DNA of 64,000 nucleotides. Origin: an uncultured Bacteroidota bacterium (GTDB taxonomy: Bacteria; Bacteroidota; Ignavibacteria; UBA10030). This document shows positions 34,769 to 44,852 of the stretch, in pieces. Below the pieces are notes generated by a model that saw only the letters and a program-made list of their open reading frames with translations, had not been told where the DNA came from and searched no databases. How positions within the stretch are numbered: the stretch's first letter is position 1; every line of letters begins with the position of its first letter. A program made the position numbers and the translations under genes. The DNA lies in the NCBI GenBank assembly GCA_963739335.1, contig CAVUAC010000063.1, positions 36,672-100,671 of the forward strand, in the 5' to 3' direction.

Positions 34769-36112
34769 TCACTTTGCTTGGCGCCCTCCCATTTCCGCAT
34801 CAGCAAAAAGCCTCAACACTTGCGCAGATGGGTAAGTGGACAGAGAAGCGATTGAATGAGCTAGTTCGATGGGCACAAGTGCATTCTCGTGACGACTGCT
34901 GAGCAGGGGAGGCAAGGTTGCGATCATTCGTTCGTAGCCAATCAAAGAAGAGATGTCTGGAGTCATGATGTAATCTCGCATCGGTTTCGTAACCGGCACG
35001 CTTAGGACCAAGAAATGGCGACCGGCAACATTGATGAATACTTTTGCCCCATAGTTGGTATCCTTTCCATAGGGTGCACCTTCTGCAGGCCGATGTTGTA
35101 TCTGCTCACATATGTAGTGATGATCCGGAATGAAGAACGTGTTTTCGGGTGCTGCACGCTTAATCAGATCAAAGTGCTCTACGAAAGAACCTGTTTTTTC
35201 CTGGCCAAGGATAGAGACTGGATAACCTTGGTTATAAGCGTGAATGAGAAAGCGTCTGATTGGCTGTACGAGCTTCGAGTACTGGGCACGTATCTGAAGT
35301 GGCCCATCCTTTAGAAAAAGGCATCGATGCAAAACTTCGCGATTCGTTTCCCAGAAGTGACGAATTCCAGTGAAGAGCAACAGAGTCTCGTGAACACCCA
35401 TGTAGGACGTCGCAACTACATCAGCGGCAGAGTCTTCCACCATGTCGTGATGGAAACCAAGCATGTCTGTAAGATAGATTGTTTTTCCGCACGCCGGACA
35501 ATTTCCTTCTTCCAAATCATAATCAAGTGTAGCCCGGCCACTCGCACACTCAGGGTGGGGACATTCAAAGAATGGCAATTGTCTCCTTTGTCCTGACCAT
35601 TTCTCAAAGGCAATCCACTTTAGTGTCTCCATAATCTCGCCTTTAATCGAAGGCGAGGGATCCTTGATAGATTCATAGATTATCTGCCGAATGGTATGGT
35701 AGACTGTAGTGCCGGGTACCTTGACGTGACGTAGAGGAAATACTGTGGCATGATATATGGCCGAGTCCGACATTATGTCTCGAAGTGCAAATGGATGTGG
35801 AGATTGTTTGTCAACTCGCGCCAGTCTGACTTGATCGACGACCATCAAAGCAGTCTTAATGAATGCCAAGGCCTTGTGAGGTGGGACTTCATCCTGAATG
35901 ACTTGAAAGGAACCATCCACAGCAAATACCAGATCCAACGGTTTGCCGGAAAAATCGAGAGGGTTCCATCTGGACTTGTCCACTTGTGGATCAGCTTCGA
36001 TTTCCTCAAAACTTTTTATCAGCTGCTTCACAAGCGGGCTATTGAGCACATCCAGATGTCCTAGTCTTGATGCTCTTTCGCCAGGGAGTCTCTTACCAGA
36101 ACTATAGGGCAT
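34769..36112 (-). CDS. NurA-like nuclease with inserted zinc ribbon
   Basis: It has DLVFAVDGSFQV, FLKDGPLQ and GQEKTGSFVEHF (NurA D / DG / EK-type motifs). The Zn ribbon is CPHPEC...CPACG. It is operon-linked to the HerA-like ATPase. Confidence 0.7.
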   Translation of the reverse strand: MPYSSGKRLPGERASRLGHLDVLNSPLVKQLIKSFEEIEADPQVDKSRWNPLDFSGKPLDLVFAVDGSFQVIQDEVPPHKALAFIKTALMVVDQVRLARVDKQSPHPFALRDIMSDSAIYHATVFPLRHVKVPGTTVYHTIRQIIYESIKDPSPSIKGEIMETLKWIAFEKWSGQRRQLPFFECPHPECASGRATLDYDLEEGNCPACGKTIYLTDMLGFHHDMVEDSAADVVATSYMGVHETLLLFTGIRHFWETNREVLHRCLFLKDGPLQIRAQYSKLVQPIRRFLIHAYNQGYPVSILGQEKTGSFVEHFDLIKRAAPENTFFIPDHHYICEQIQHRPAEGAPYGKDTNYGAKVFINVAGRHFLVLSVPVTKPMRDYIMTPDISSLIGYERMIATLPPLLSSRHENALVPIELAHSIASLSTYPSAQVLRLFADAEMGGRQAK

Positions 36113-36136
36113 AAGTTAGCCGAGCTCCTCCTAGGA

Positions 36137-38095
36137 TCAACCGGTGCGGTTTGTTCCTCGCACCTTGGGATCAAATTTGCGAGCTTGCACCGGTATGACA
36201 AAACGATGGCTGCGCGTCAACATCCTTATGTAGCCGGGCGTTTTCGCCCGTAAGATGTCGTCTTTCATATTTTCGTAGGAGACATTCATCTTCGCCAACG
36301 CGGTCACTTCATCCTGTGATGACATATGTGCAATGAAAAAATTCTCTGTCTGAGCCAGAAGATCTCTATTGATTGAGGTTACCGATTGAGTTGAATAAAC
36401 CATCCCAATATGATACTTGGCACCTTCTTTTGCTAACCTGCGATAGATATCGACCGCTCCCTCTTCCCTAGCTGGAAATAGGTTATGAGCCTCTTCAAAA
36501 TACAACTGAATGTAGTGATTGCCTAACTTGTTGTTTGTGAACTTATCCACTTGGTGTGCAAGCACAGCGAGAGAAAGCTCTTCGGAGAAATACTTCATCA
36601 CTTCTTCATCAGCGTTCCCAAAATCGAGGATAACAGTCTGCCCATCATCCAGCTCATCAACTATATCGTTTATGAAATCACCTGCTTTCGCATCGTGATA
36701 GATATCAAACCGCTGTATCATTTTTGTCCCAGCCCCACTTGTCGGCTTGAGGAAATCGAGCAATGCTATATCATCCGAATCCAAGAGAGGTTTGTTGGAA
36801 GACGAAGTTAGAGGGCTTTCTCTATTGGCATTGATTATAAACTCCATTTCTTGTTGAAGTGCATCGAGGTCCAGGATCTTCGGCGGTTTCTGGCCTCCAT
36901 ATATTCGATCACGAACTTCTTTGTTGAACCCCGGATCAATGTTGAGCAGGCCCGCTAATTTTTTCTCGTCGGCGCGGAACCCCGCCTTGTGTAGAATTGC
37001 CCAATACATCAAAACCTTGCGTTTGGCTCTTAGTTGTTCGTTCTTTGGGAGGGATTCAAGAGTCTCAATTGGTGACAGGCTAATTCCTCTGAATGATTGG
37101 ACGTAGATAGCGGTTCGGCCTTCGCCACTGAGAAGGTTCGAGAGTATCCTATGAGATCGGTCCGGATGTTCATAGAAGTCGAGCTTCAACGGTCGCGAGG
37201 GAGGACTAGTCTTTGGGGTCAGAGCATAAACAGCGCACCTATCTTTATAGGCACTCGACAGAGAATAGTTACCATCCTGTGGATTGTCGTTTGCATATTC
37301 CCCATTGATATCGAATATCAGTTGTCCAACGTTTTTGGTTGCAGAGGTTGTTTCAATTAGGCTTTGCGCGATGAGCTTTATAACATTGCTCTTGCCTAGG
37401 CGTGTCTTGCCGAACATTGCTGTTCGTGCAGCAAGGAAGTCCCTCGTTGATACCCACACAGGGACATTTGGTTGTTTCTTGTTTGGTAGCGGTAAACGAC
37501 ATTCTGTTAGGCGAAGGCCTCCAAGTTGAAATCGATTTTGCTTAGCAACTAGAATGTTGACGACCAGATCAAGAAGTGCGTCATCAGGAGCATATACCCG
37601 ATATTTGTGAGCGCTGACAAAGTTGTTCATGTCACCAGAGAACTCCACGGTGTCCTGTTGTTCTGGGTTGGGATAAAACATTCCTAGAACCGATGTGTTC
37701 AATGCCCCCCATTGAAGCTCTGACTGTGTAAATACGTCGAGCTCGGGCATCGACTTCTTTTGCAGCTCGAAATAGGTCTGTTGGGTTTCTTTCGAAAGCG
37801 GCGTCGGTGCAGCATCGAGCACACGCAGGAGCGTGAAGTGCGGCGTAACCATTGCCTCGGGGACCGAAGCTGTCATTATGAGAAGTGAATTCCTTGGGAC
37901 GCCTCCTACTGCAATTTTGAATGGATCTGAAGTAATGATCGTTACAGTGTCATAGTTGATGTCGAGTACGTAGCCGACAAAGCGCATGTCATCGTAGCGC
38001 TTCGCCTTCTCGTTAGATTCCTCATTCTCCATGAAATTTTGTAAAGCGCGCAAAGGATGATTTTGGTGGGCCGCCTTAATAAAGAATTCTTTCAT
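36137..38095 (-). CDS. HerA/DUF87-like P-loop translocase ATPase
   Basis: It has an N-terminal barrel (FVGYVLDINYDTVTIITSD). FGKTRLGKSNVIKLIAQ is Walker A and IQLYFEEAHNLFP is Walker B. It also has GMVYSTQSVTSI. Its ATG overlaps the Dam stop (ATGA). Confidence 0.8.
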   Translation of the reverse strand: MKEFFIKAAHQNHPLRALQNFMENEESNEKAKRYDDMRFVGYVLDINYDTVTIITSDPFKIAVGGVPRNSLLIMTASVPEAMVTPHFTLLRVLDAAPTPLSKETQQTYFELQKKSMPELDVFTQSELQWGALNTSVLGMFYPNPEQQDTVEFSGDMNNFVSAHKYRVYAPDDALLDLVVNILVAKQNRFQLGGLRLTECRLPLPNKKQPNVPVWVSTRDFLAARTAMFGKTRLGKSNVIKLIAQSLIETTSATKNVGQLIFDINGEYANDNPQDGNYSLSSAYKDRCAVYALTPKTSPPSRPLKLDFYEHPDRSHRILSNLLSGEGRTAIYVQSFRGISLSPIETLESLPKNEQLRAKRKVLMYWAILHKAGFRADEKKLAGLLNIDPGFNKEVRDRIYGGQKPPKILDLDALQQEMEFIINANRESPLTSSSNKPLLDSDDIALLDFLKPTSGAGTKMIQRFDIYHDAKAGDFINDIVDELDDGQTVILDFGNADEEVMKYFSEELSLAVLAHQVDKFTNNKLGNHYIQLYFEEAHNLFPAREEGAVDIYRRLAKEGAKYHIGMVYSTQSVTSINRDLLAQTENFFIAHMSSQDEVTALAKMNVSYENMKDDILRAKTPGYIRMLTRSHRFVIPVQARKFDPKVRGTNRTG

Positions 38096-38957
38096 GGTTT
38101 TGGGACTCCATTAATGGGACAGCTTGACAGCACGATTTCGCCCGACTTTTTCGTTATCGCACCGGGCATGCGCCCAGTTCCGCGTGGCAGGGCAAGGGAT
38201 TCACACCCACGGTACAACTTAACAATGTCCGGATGAGAGGAAATCGTCAATAGCCATTTCACCTTTCTCTTTTTCGCTCCGGCCAATACACTCGCCAGCC
38301 GACGATGATCATCGTAGGTAAATTGCCTGCCAACATAGTGACCATTGACCAGCGCTTTTTCACCTGGCCGGTAAGGCGGGTCGAGAAAAACAAAATCGCC
38401 TTCGTCGCAATTCTCGATAACTTCCTCGAAGTCGCAACATCGAATTGTTGCGCGTCTCAAGGAACGTGACAAATCATTGAGTGTGCACTCATCGATTACC
38501 CAACGACGAGCTTGCCCCCCATAGCCAACATTGAATTTTCCATTAGTGTTGTGACGCCACATTCCCTTGAAGCAGGTTCTGTTCAGATAAAGCACTCGGG
38601 CAGCTCGCTCAGCAATGTTACACGGTTCAAAGTAATCGCGAATTGAATGGTAATCTCGCTTAGTACTGCCAAATTTCCATACCATTTCCAAACTGTGCGG
38701 GGATCGTACCGAATTCCACGGTACAGGTCGATGAGATCAGGATTAACATCGGACAAAATGGCTTGCCTCGGTGATGTGTAGAGAAAGACGGCGCCACCAC
38801 CAACAAACGGCTCCACATAGCGCCCTTCAATCTCTTCGGCAGAAGGTATGAGCTGCCCTAAGAAGTCCAACATTCTGCGTTTACTGCCTGGGTATCGCAG
38901 AAAACTCTTAATGTGAGCTTGCTCTCTTCCTGCCATTAGATGATTCATCTGAACCAC
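38092..38957 (-). pseudogene. Dam-like (D12 class) N6-adenine DNA methyltransferase split by one frameshift
   Basis: Track ORF 38583..38957 carries RYPGSKRRM...EPFVGGGAVF...SDVNPDLIDLYRGI. Track ORF 38092..38691 carries YLNRTCFKGMWRHNTNGKFNVGYG...FVFLDPPY. The frames overlap at 38583-38691. Confidence 0.75.
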
Positions 38958-40833
38958 TTATGTTTCCTTCATCATTCTTTCAAATCGTCGCCTAGTCGAT
39001 CCATCCAAGAAATAGAAGAATGTTCCCCTGATCCCTCGTGTGCACAGCACACGATAAAGGTGTTTGAGTTTTTCGAGCGCCAATTCAGGGTTTTTTGTCA
39101 GGCCCATTTTAAACTGTCGATCACAGTTTTCATCGAGGTCGCCGAGCCATTTGTTCGTCGTTGAATCCCATCGAAGATCAGAGCCAAATATAACGCCAAC
39201 GTAATCAAATTCAAAGCCCTGGGCTGAATAGATGCAACCGATTTGCTCAAATCCCTCTGGTTGCATTGCCCAGATCTTGTACGGATGCTTTGAGGGATTC
39301 TCGGCGCTTCCCTTATTGGTTCTCCACATGTCTCTGGGTTTGCGATTCCATGGTCTAGACCAAGCACCGATCTGCACATCATTAACGAGCTCCCCATCTT
39401 TCCCTGGATCCGACCAAAGCCAATCAAAGCCTGCCACTATTCGGGCGGAGAATCCTTCTTCCGTTTTCCGACGAAGTGCCTTCTCAAGATCACGAGGGGA
39501 TTCGAACACGCTCACTTCGTATTCTTTGTTACGCTGCCAAGCCAATGATTTTAACCCAGAGAGATCCAAAACAGTATCGACCCATCGGACATATGATTCG
39601 CTTCCGGCACATCGAAACTGAGTCTTCAAGTCATAAACACTCACAGCAATGTTCTTGCGCTCCGCGCAATTCGTGATATGGTCAAGAGATCCAACCTCAG
39701 CCACTCTCACGCTCTGTTGTCCATCAAGCAGAAAGACCGAAACTTTCGACGCACGGATGAGTTCTTCTGCCTGCGGATTGTGAGATAATATCCGCGGACC
39801 AAACTGAGTTCTCAGGCGCAAACGATGAGCTTCGTCACAAACCACCAATTCAATACTATCTTTCGCTGCGTTGATGAAGTTGTGTGTGTAGAGGAATGGT
39901 TCTTCTCGACCAACGATTCCTCTTAGATTCGTGGTAAAAGCCTTGGATCCAGTGGCGTGAACGGCATTATACCCTCGGCGGGCCGCAGCACCCAACACTT
40001 GGACTGCGATGACACTTTTTCCCGTTCCGGGGCCACCGAGCACAACGATTACTTTTTTCAGCTTTCTTTTTCGGGCATTTTCGACGTCTGAAAGAATGCG
40101 GTTGAAAACGACCCGTTGTTCGTCCAACAAATTCCAGGGCTCGTACTTCTCGATGGAGTCAGCAACGAAATCAAGAAGTTTCTTGCTGGGCTTATACTGC
40201 CCCGTGAGAATGGAGTCAACGAGCTTCGTTGAGGCCCCACACCACGTCCGTTCGCCAACAAACTCGGACAATTCTCCCATAGTCTCGATGGTGAATGCTG
40301 GTGAGTCTTTCAAGATTTCTGAATATCGAGCATCGAAGAAATGCGATTCTATCTCCGATTTGACGTTATGCAGGTAAGCGCAACTAGCAAGTTTGATGCG
40401 GCCATTACCAAAAGCTGAGTGAGCATCCTGAAGATACCGGCGATAAGCCCTCACTTGAGCACTTGGATGAAGCAAGTCTGAATTCCCAATACGAACGACC
40501 TCTGACGCATCTGTGGCTTTACAAGTATCCCATTGTTTGAATTCAGTCAGGACTGCGTGTTTTTGTTTGCTCTTATCTGATCCAAGAACCATGCAGTCGA
40601 TAACGGCATGAAGACAAAGGAAGCTGGTATTCCAAGACTATCCATGCATCGTCCATTCCCACATCAGCGACTACTTCGGCGAAAGCACTAAGTGAATTCT
40701 TCCAAGATCGGACTTCCGACTCCGACGGACGAGCATCAAGCCTCTCTACAAACCGCTCTCGGAGTAAATCAGCAATTTGGCCGGAGGTAGCCTTGGGAAT
40801 AAACGTCCTCAGTCTGCAATCATATAGATGCAT
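38958..40833 (-). pseudogene. DUF2075-type ATPase/helicase-like protein split by one frameshift
   Basis: The N-terminal ORF 40573..40833 reads ...SWKNSLSAFAEVV...VLEYQLPLSSCR. ORF 38958..40592 reads MVLGSDKSKQKHAVLTEFKQW...VLGGPGTGKSVIA...VVCDEAHRL. Removing one T in CGTTATC restores ..SCRIDCMVLGSD.. Confidence 0.7.
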
Positions 40834-41867
40834 TATGATGGCCCAGTCCCTTTTAACAGTTTCAATGCTGCTTCGTATGCGTCCTTGAAATCAAGCCCTG
40901 TATCTAAGTTCGGGTCGATCTTCTTGAACCCGACATACATGAAGCTAAGCAGCTGAAGTCCAGAAAACTGTTCTTGAGGTATCGACTTGAGTGAGTACCG
41001 CCTGTCAGCCTTCGTAAAGTCAATTCCTGCCGTTCCAAGCGTCCCAATCTCGAAAGCGATGCTCTTTATCTCTTCGGATGTCATGTGCTCGAATCGCTCA
41101 AGAGCATTCATAAGATACATCACCGTGGCTGGTTCTTTCAACTTGAGTAGCTCTGGGTTCGTCGTCCCCTGTGGATGCTCCTTCATCGGGACGTCGTCTC
41201 TGAACTCGAACCACTCTCGGAGCCTGAGTATCTCGGCAAACTTGCCAACGAGCTTGTACTCATCTGCTGCACCAATGTCCTTATACATATCAAGCCAAAC
41301 ATGGAAGAGCTTGTCGCCTGTTGCAAAGACGTTGGATGCCTTATAGAGCTTGGTGTATTCAGTCTTCCCTTTGTAGAGCCAATCTGCGAACAGAGCATAA
41401 GAGGTATTCATCGCAACATTGGCTTGATAGATCTTTCGCGGAGTGAGCTTCTGAACGTCTTCGGAAGTCAGAACAGCGGCGTTCTCTTGTTGGGTGGAGT
41501 ACAATGAAACGAACTGAAATGGACGAATGTGCGGATACCGATGGAAGAGACGGTACTCAATCACCATGTCAAGAGGACAATTGAAAAGTTGGTTGGTCAA
41601 TCCCGACACCCACTCCAGTGTTAACCGATTGGCCTCGTCACTCGGAATCCCAGTTTGACGCAGTTTGTACTTATCATCTCCAAGCGATTGAAGCGCCTTC
41701 TCCACTGTCGCGTTGGTCGTTACGAACAGTTTGCTTTTGCCAGCATTGCGTGCTTCGAACTCGAGCGTGATGTGCTCCAATTCATGAGCAAGCAAGTGGG
41801 GGACGATGGAAGGCAAGTTGGGTCGGTAGATAATCTTGTGCTCAGGTCCGATTGTTCTTCCACGCAA
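40833..41867 (-). CDS. HExxH zinc-metallopeptidase-like protein
   Basis: It has HLLAHELEHITLE. The listed start is a TTG, and the frame overlaps the end of the TPR ORF by 26 nt, so the two may be one frameshifted gene. Confidence 0.55.
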   Translation of the reverse strand: MRGRTIGPEHKIIYRPNLPSIVPHLLAHELEHITLEFEARNAGKSKLFVTTNATVEKALQSLGDDKYKLRQTGIPSDEANRLTLEWVSGLTNQLFNCPLDMVIEYRLFHRYPHIRPFQFVSLYSTQQENAAVLTSEDVQKLTPRKIYQANVAMNTSYALFADWLYKGKTEYTKLYKASNVFATGDKLFHVWLDMYKDIGAADEYKLVGKFAEILRLREWFEFRDDVPMKEHPQGTTNPELLKLKEPATVMYLMNALERFEHMTSEEIKSIAFEIGTLGTAGIDFTKADRRYSLKSIPQEQFSGLQLLSFMYVGFKKIDPNLDTGLDFKDAYEAALKLLKGTGPS

Positions 41868-42777
41868 GTTGGGTTTTGGCAGTCACCCCTTTGAGTTCGT
41901 CATCCCGAACTATTTCAACAGGGAAGCCCGTCACTTTTTCGATGGTCTTGCACCTCTCGTCGATGAACTTCGTCAGAGCTTCATTGGGCTTTTCAGCGAG
42001 GTCTTTGTTCAGTTGCAGGTACATCGCACGAGCCTGTTCATAGACAGGTGCACTCCGTATGTCAGGTGAAGGTTCTTGGCTGAACAACTCATCCAATGTA
42101 CCGAGAGCCGACTGATTATCGTTCTGTTTCGATTGAAGAACAGCCAGTCCTAGGAAGGAGTTTGGGTATTGAGGGTTGAGGCCGATTGCACGTCTAAAAA
42201 GATGGCTTGCCTCTTCATGTGCACCCTTCTCTGCTTTCAACGCTGCGTATGCATTCAGTAGGTAGGGGTCATCAGGATTGAGTTCGTATGCCTTCCTGTA
42301 GAACGGTTCAGCCGAATCGGGGTCGTGCTCAGACCCGAAGTAGATGTTGCCCAGGAGCACGTAGCCCCACACATCCTTTGGGTCTAATCGTAGGACATCT
42401 ATCAACTGATTCTTTGCCTCTTCTACGTCGCCTCCCTCCATGTTTGCCATTGCCAAATTCCTACGAGCGTCGTTGTGATACGGAAAGTATTCGAGACTCT
42501 TCTTCAGGATTTGGATAGCCCCACGATAGTCACCCTGCTTCGCCTTGTTGATTCCTCGTTCAAACAACCTTTGAGCTTCTTCGATTGCCTTCTCCTTCTG
42601 CTCGGGAAGGTTAATAACCGCCACTCCGTTCTCGATTGAGACCTCAACAGCAAAGGAGAGAAATCCATATGATTTCTTGATTAGGGCGATGGCTTGCTCA
42701 TCCGGCAGTTTGGTTAGATCAATTTTCTCGTCGGCGTCAACGAGAAAGTCTTTGAGGGCAATGAGGACGATTGACAT
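41842..42777 (-). CDS. TPR-repeat protein
   Basis: Several TPR units: GDYRGAIQILKKSLEYFPYHNDARRNLA..., EEAKNQLIDVLRLDPKD..., AEPFYRKAYELNPDD..., EEASHLFRRAIGLNPQY. Confidence 0.7.
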   Translation of the reverse strand: MSIVLIALKDFLVDADEKIDLTKLPDEQAIALIKKSYGFLSFAVEVSIENGVAVINLPEQKEKAIEEAQRLFERGINKAKQGDYRGAIQILKKSLEYFPYHNDARRNLAMANMEGGDVEEAKNQLIDVLRLDPKDVWGYVLLGNIYFGSEHDPDSAEPFYRKAYELNPDDPYLLNAYAALKAEKGAHEEASHLFRRAIGLNPQYPNSFLGLAVLQSKQNDNQSALGTLDELFSQEPSPDIRSAPVYEQARAMYLQLNKDLAEKPNEALTKFIDERCKTIEKVTGFPVEIVRDDELKGVTAKTQLAWKNNRT

Positions 42778-42849
42778 TGGTTTGGGTCACCGAGGCAAAT
42801 ACTGTCCGCAGACAGGCTTGCTGAAGGCTCTTTCCCTACGGGTCATCAG

Positions 42850-42869
42850 TCCATTCACGTGTGAATGGA
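42850..42869. promoter_or_regulatory. Palindromic operator candidate TCCATTCAC-GT-GTGAATGGA
   Basis: It has 9-bp perfect arms and lies in the divergent spacer between the TPR operon (minus) and the DpnD-like gene (plus). Confidence 0.45.
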
Positions 42870-43117
42870 TCCTGAACCATCAAATCTCTGTTTTGACAGT
42901 TCTTTCAGCAAGCCCGATGTAAAAGTAAGACAAAATCAGCCAAAATCAACCTTGAGGTTGACCCCTGATAATGACCGCGTTGTGTGGAGTCCGGACCAGG
43001 ATCCCCGCTTCTATGCCGCGAGTTTCCTGCCGCCAGAAATTGCGCCGGTTGGAACTGCCAAGGAGTCTTGCTTGATTCTACTTTTCTCTCCGAATACCTT
43101 GGTGCGGGAGATTATTC

Positions 43118-43342
43118 ATGGGTGAAAAGAAACCATACGATGTAGAGTGGTTCATCATACAGGTGACTCTCAAAGCCGACTATACGCTCGCGATTCCTGC
43201 AGGAAGCAAGGAAGAGGCAGTGATGTCTGCGTACAGTAGGAGGATTCCAGTTGATAGTCTTCATAACGTTGAGAAAGACGTTGTGAAGGTTATGAAGATA
43301 AAGCAACAGTGCGACAGGATTGAATTGGAAACCCTGCAATGA
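43118..43342 (+). CDS. Small DpnD/PcfM-like protein (74 aa)
   Basis: WFIIQVTLKADYTLAIPAGSKEEAVMSAYSRRIPVDSLHNVEKDVVKVMKI aligns with 33518..33721. Confidence 0.5.
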   Translation: MGEKKPYDVEWFIIQVTLKADYTLAIPAGSKEEAVMSAYSRRIPVDSLHNVEKDVVKVMKIKQQCDRIELETLQ

Positions 43343-43378
43343 GAGCAATAAGCTGCTCGATGTGGGAACGTGCTATCA

Positions 43379-44374
43379 TCATCCTTCCGACGGGACAATC
43401 TTCACCCAAAGAGGTCTGTGGTCAGAAATGTAGTACCTGCAGTAAGTGAAGAAGTCGGCATGCTTCTTCTTGCCTCCGGTGTTCTGGTACAGATCTGCGA
43501 AAATCATCTGGTCATAATCGAACACACCCGTTTCCTCAGTCACGTGATGTTGCGTCGTTGGAAAGAACATTATCTGGTCATAGTGGTTGACCTGTTTGGC
43601 GACATTTCTGTCTTGTCCTGGAAGAGTTGAGCCGATAGAAGTGGCGTGGACGGTGGAGTGGAAGCCGTTCTTGGAGAAAATCTTGTATATCGGGTCTTCC
43701 TCTTCCATATACGGGAGATTGAAATCACCGAGCAAGAGAATGTCTTTTTCGGTTGCATACTTTGAGGCCACCATTGACTTCGCCCATTGAGCCATCGCAA
43801 GTGCTTCCAGTTGTCTTCGTTGTATGGCGATCTTCTGTTCACTCTTGCCTTTGAAATAGAGGTGGGCGTTTACAAGGCAGAACTTGAAGTCCTTGAAGGT
43901 AAACGACTGCAAGAAAGGATTGCGGTCAAATCCTTGGAACTGGACTTTGGCTCCGGGGATGGTGATTCGCTTGAAGTGGCTCGGAGGCGGAGCAATCTCA
44001 CCGACAAGTTCACGAGTGCTCAGCTTGTCGACATCGAAGACAAATGTCATCCGCTCAACGTTCCCTGCAAGATCAGTGTAGAGCACTCGATATTTGCTCC
44101 CCAAAAATCCCATCAGTTCTTGAAGGTGATCAAGATTGCTACCCATCTCCTGCAAGGCGATAATGTCAAACCATCCGATGATTTCTGACATGAGGTGGAT
44201 GTCGTCTGGTCGTCGCTCTTGCACTCCGAAGTTGGCGAGATTCCATGTGGCCAACAGTAAGCTGCGCTGGTCCTTCTCTGGAATCTTCCGATCCACCTTG
44301 TGCTTGCGAAGAGCTTCCAGCTCCGTTTCGACCTTGTAGATGTATGTGAACTTGGGTTTTGGGTTTGCGCGCAT
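43379..44374 (-). CDS. Endonuclease/exonuclease/phosphatase (DNase I-like) family protein
   Basis: It has LLLATWNLANF, FDIIALQEM, LLLGDFNLP and YISDHRPLWVKI. Confidence 0.8.
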   Translation of the reverse strand: MRANPKPKFTYIYKVETELEALRKHKVDRKIPEKDQRSLLLATWNLANFGVQERRPDDIHLMSEIIGWFDIIALQEMGSNLDHLQELMGFLGSKYRVLYTDLAGNVERMTFVFDVDKLSTRELVGEIAPPPSHFKRITIPGAKVQFQGFDRNPFLQSFTFKDFKFCLVNAHLYFKGKSEQKIAIQRRQLEALAMAQWAKSMVASKYATEKDILLLGDFNLPYMEEEDPIYKIFSKNGFHSTVHATSIGSTLPGQDRNVAKQVNHYDQIMFFPTTQHHVTEETGVFDYDQMIFADLYQNTGGKKKHADFFTYCRYYISDHRPLWVKIVPSEG

Positions 44375-44816
44375 GGCAAGCTCCTTTAGATTAAGGCCTT
44401 TTTTTCACGAAAAACCTTAATGTGCCGCGTTATTCACGATGGCAACTGTTATTGGTGCAACTTGAACAACGAACGATGGGACGGTTCGGTGCGTTCTGTA
44501 CGCGACGCGAATCTATCGACTGGGAGGCATACTGTCAATACCTAAAACGCGGTATTTTTGTATCTGAGCTTACAGCACGCAGAAAGCAACCGCCGGACGG
44601 CAGAAAGCAGCGATTAACAAGCGATCAGAGTGATAACGGCCCATCCAAAATGGCCTCTAAGCTGCAGGGAAGCATTGAAACGATTGTGTCGATATCAAGT
44701 CGCCTGAAGTGCCGACATTTCCGCGCAAGCAGAAATCCGTACAGATGAGGATATGGGTAATGAGTATTTGAGTAGTAAGTATGTAGGAGGGCCGATAGAG
44801 CGAAGGTCAAGAATCG

Positions 44817-44839
44817 GGGTGGCTGGCCTGCGCCACCCC
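44817..44839 (-). terminator. Hairpin just downstream of the AAA_24 gene
   Basis: GGGGTGGC-tggcctgc-GCCACCCC. The T tract on the minus sense is modest. Confidence 0.4.
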
Positions 44840-44852
44840 GGTTCAACCGAGC

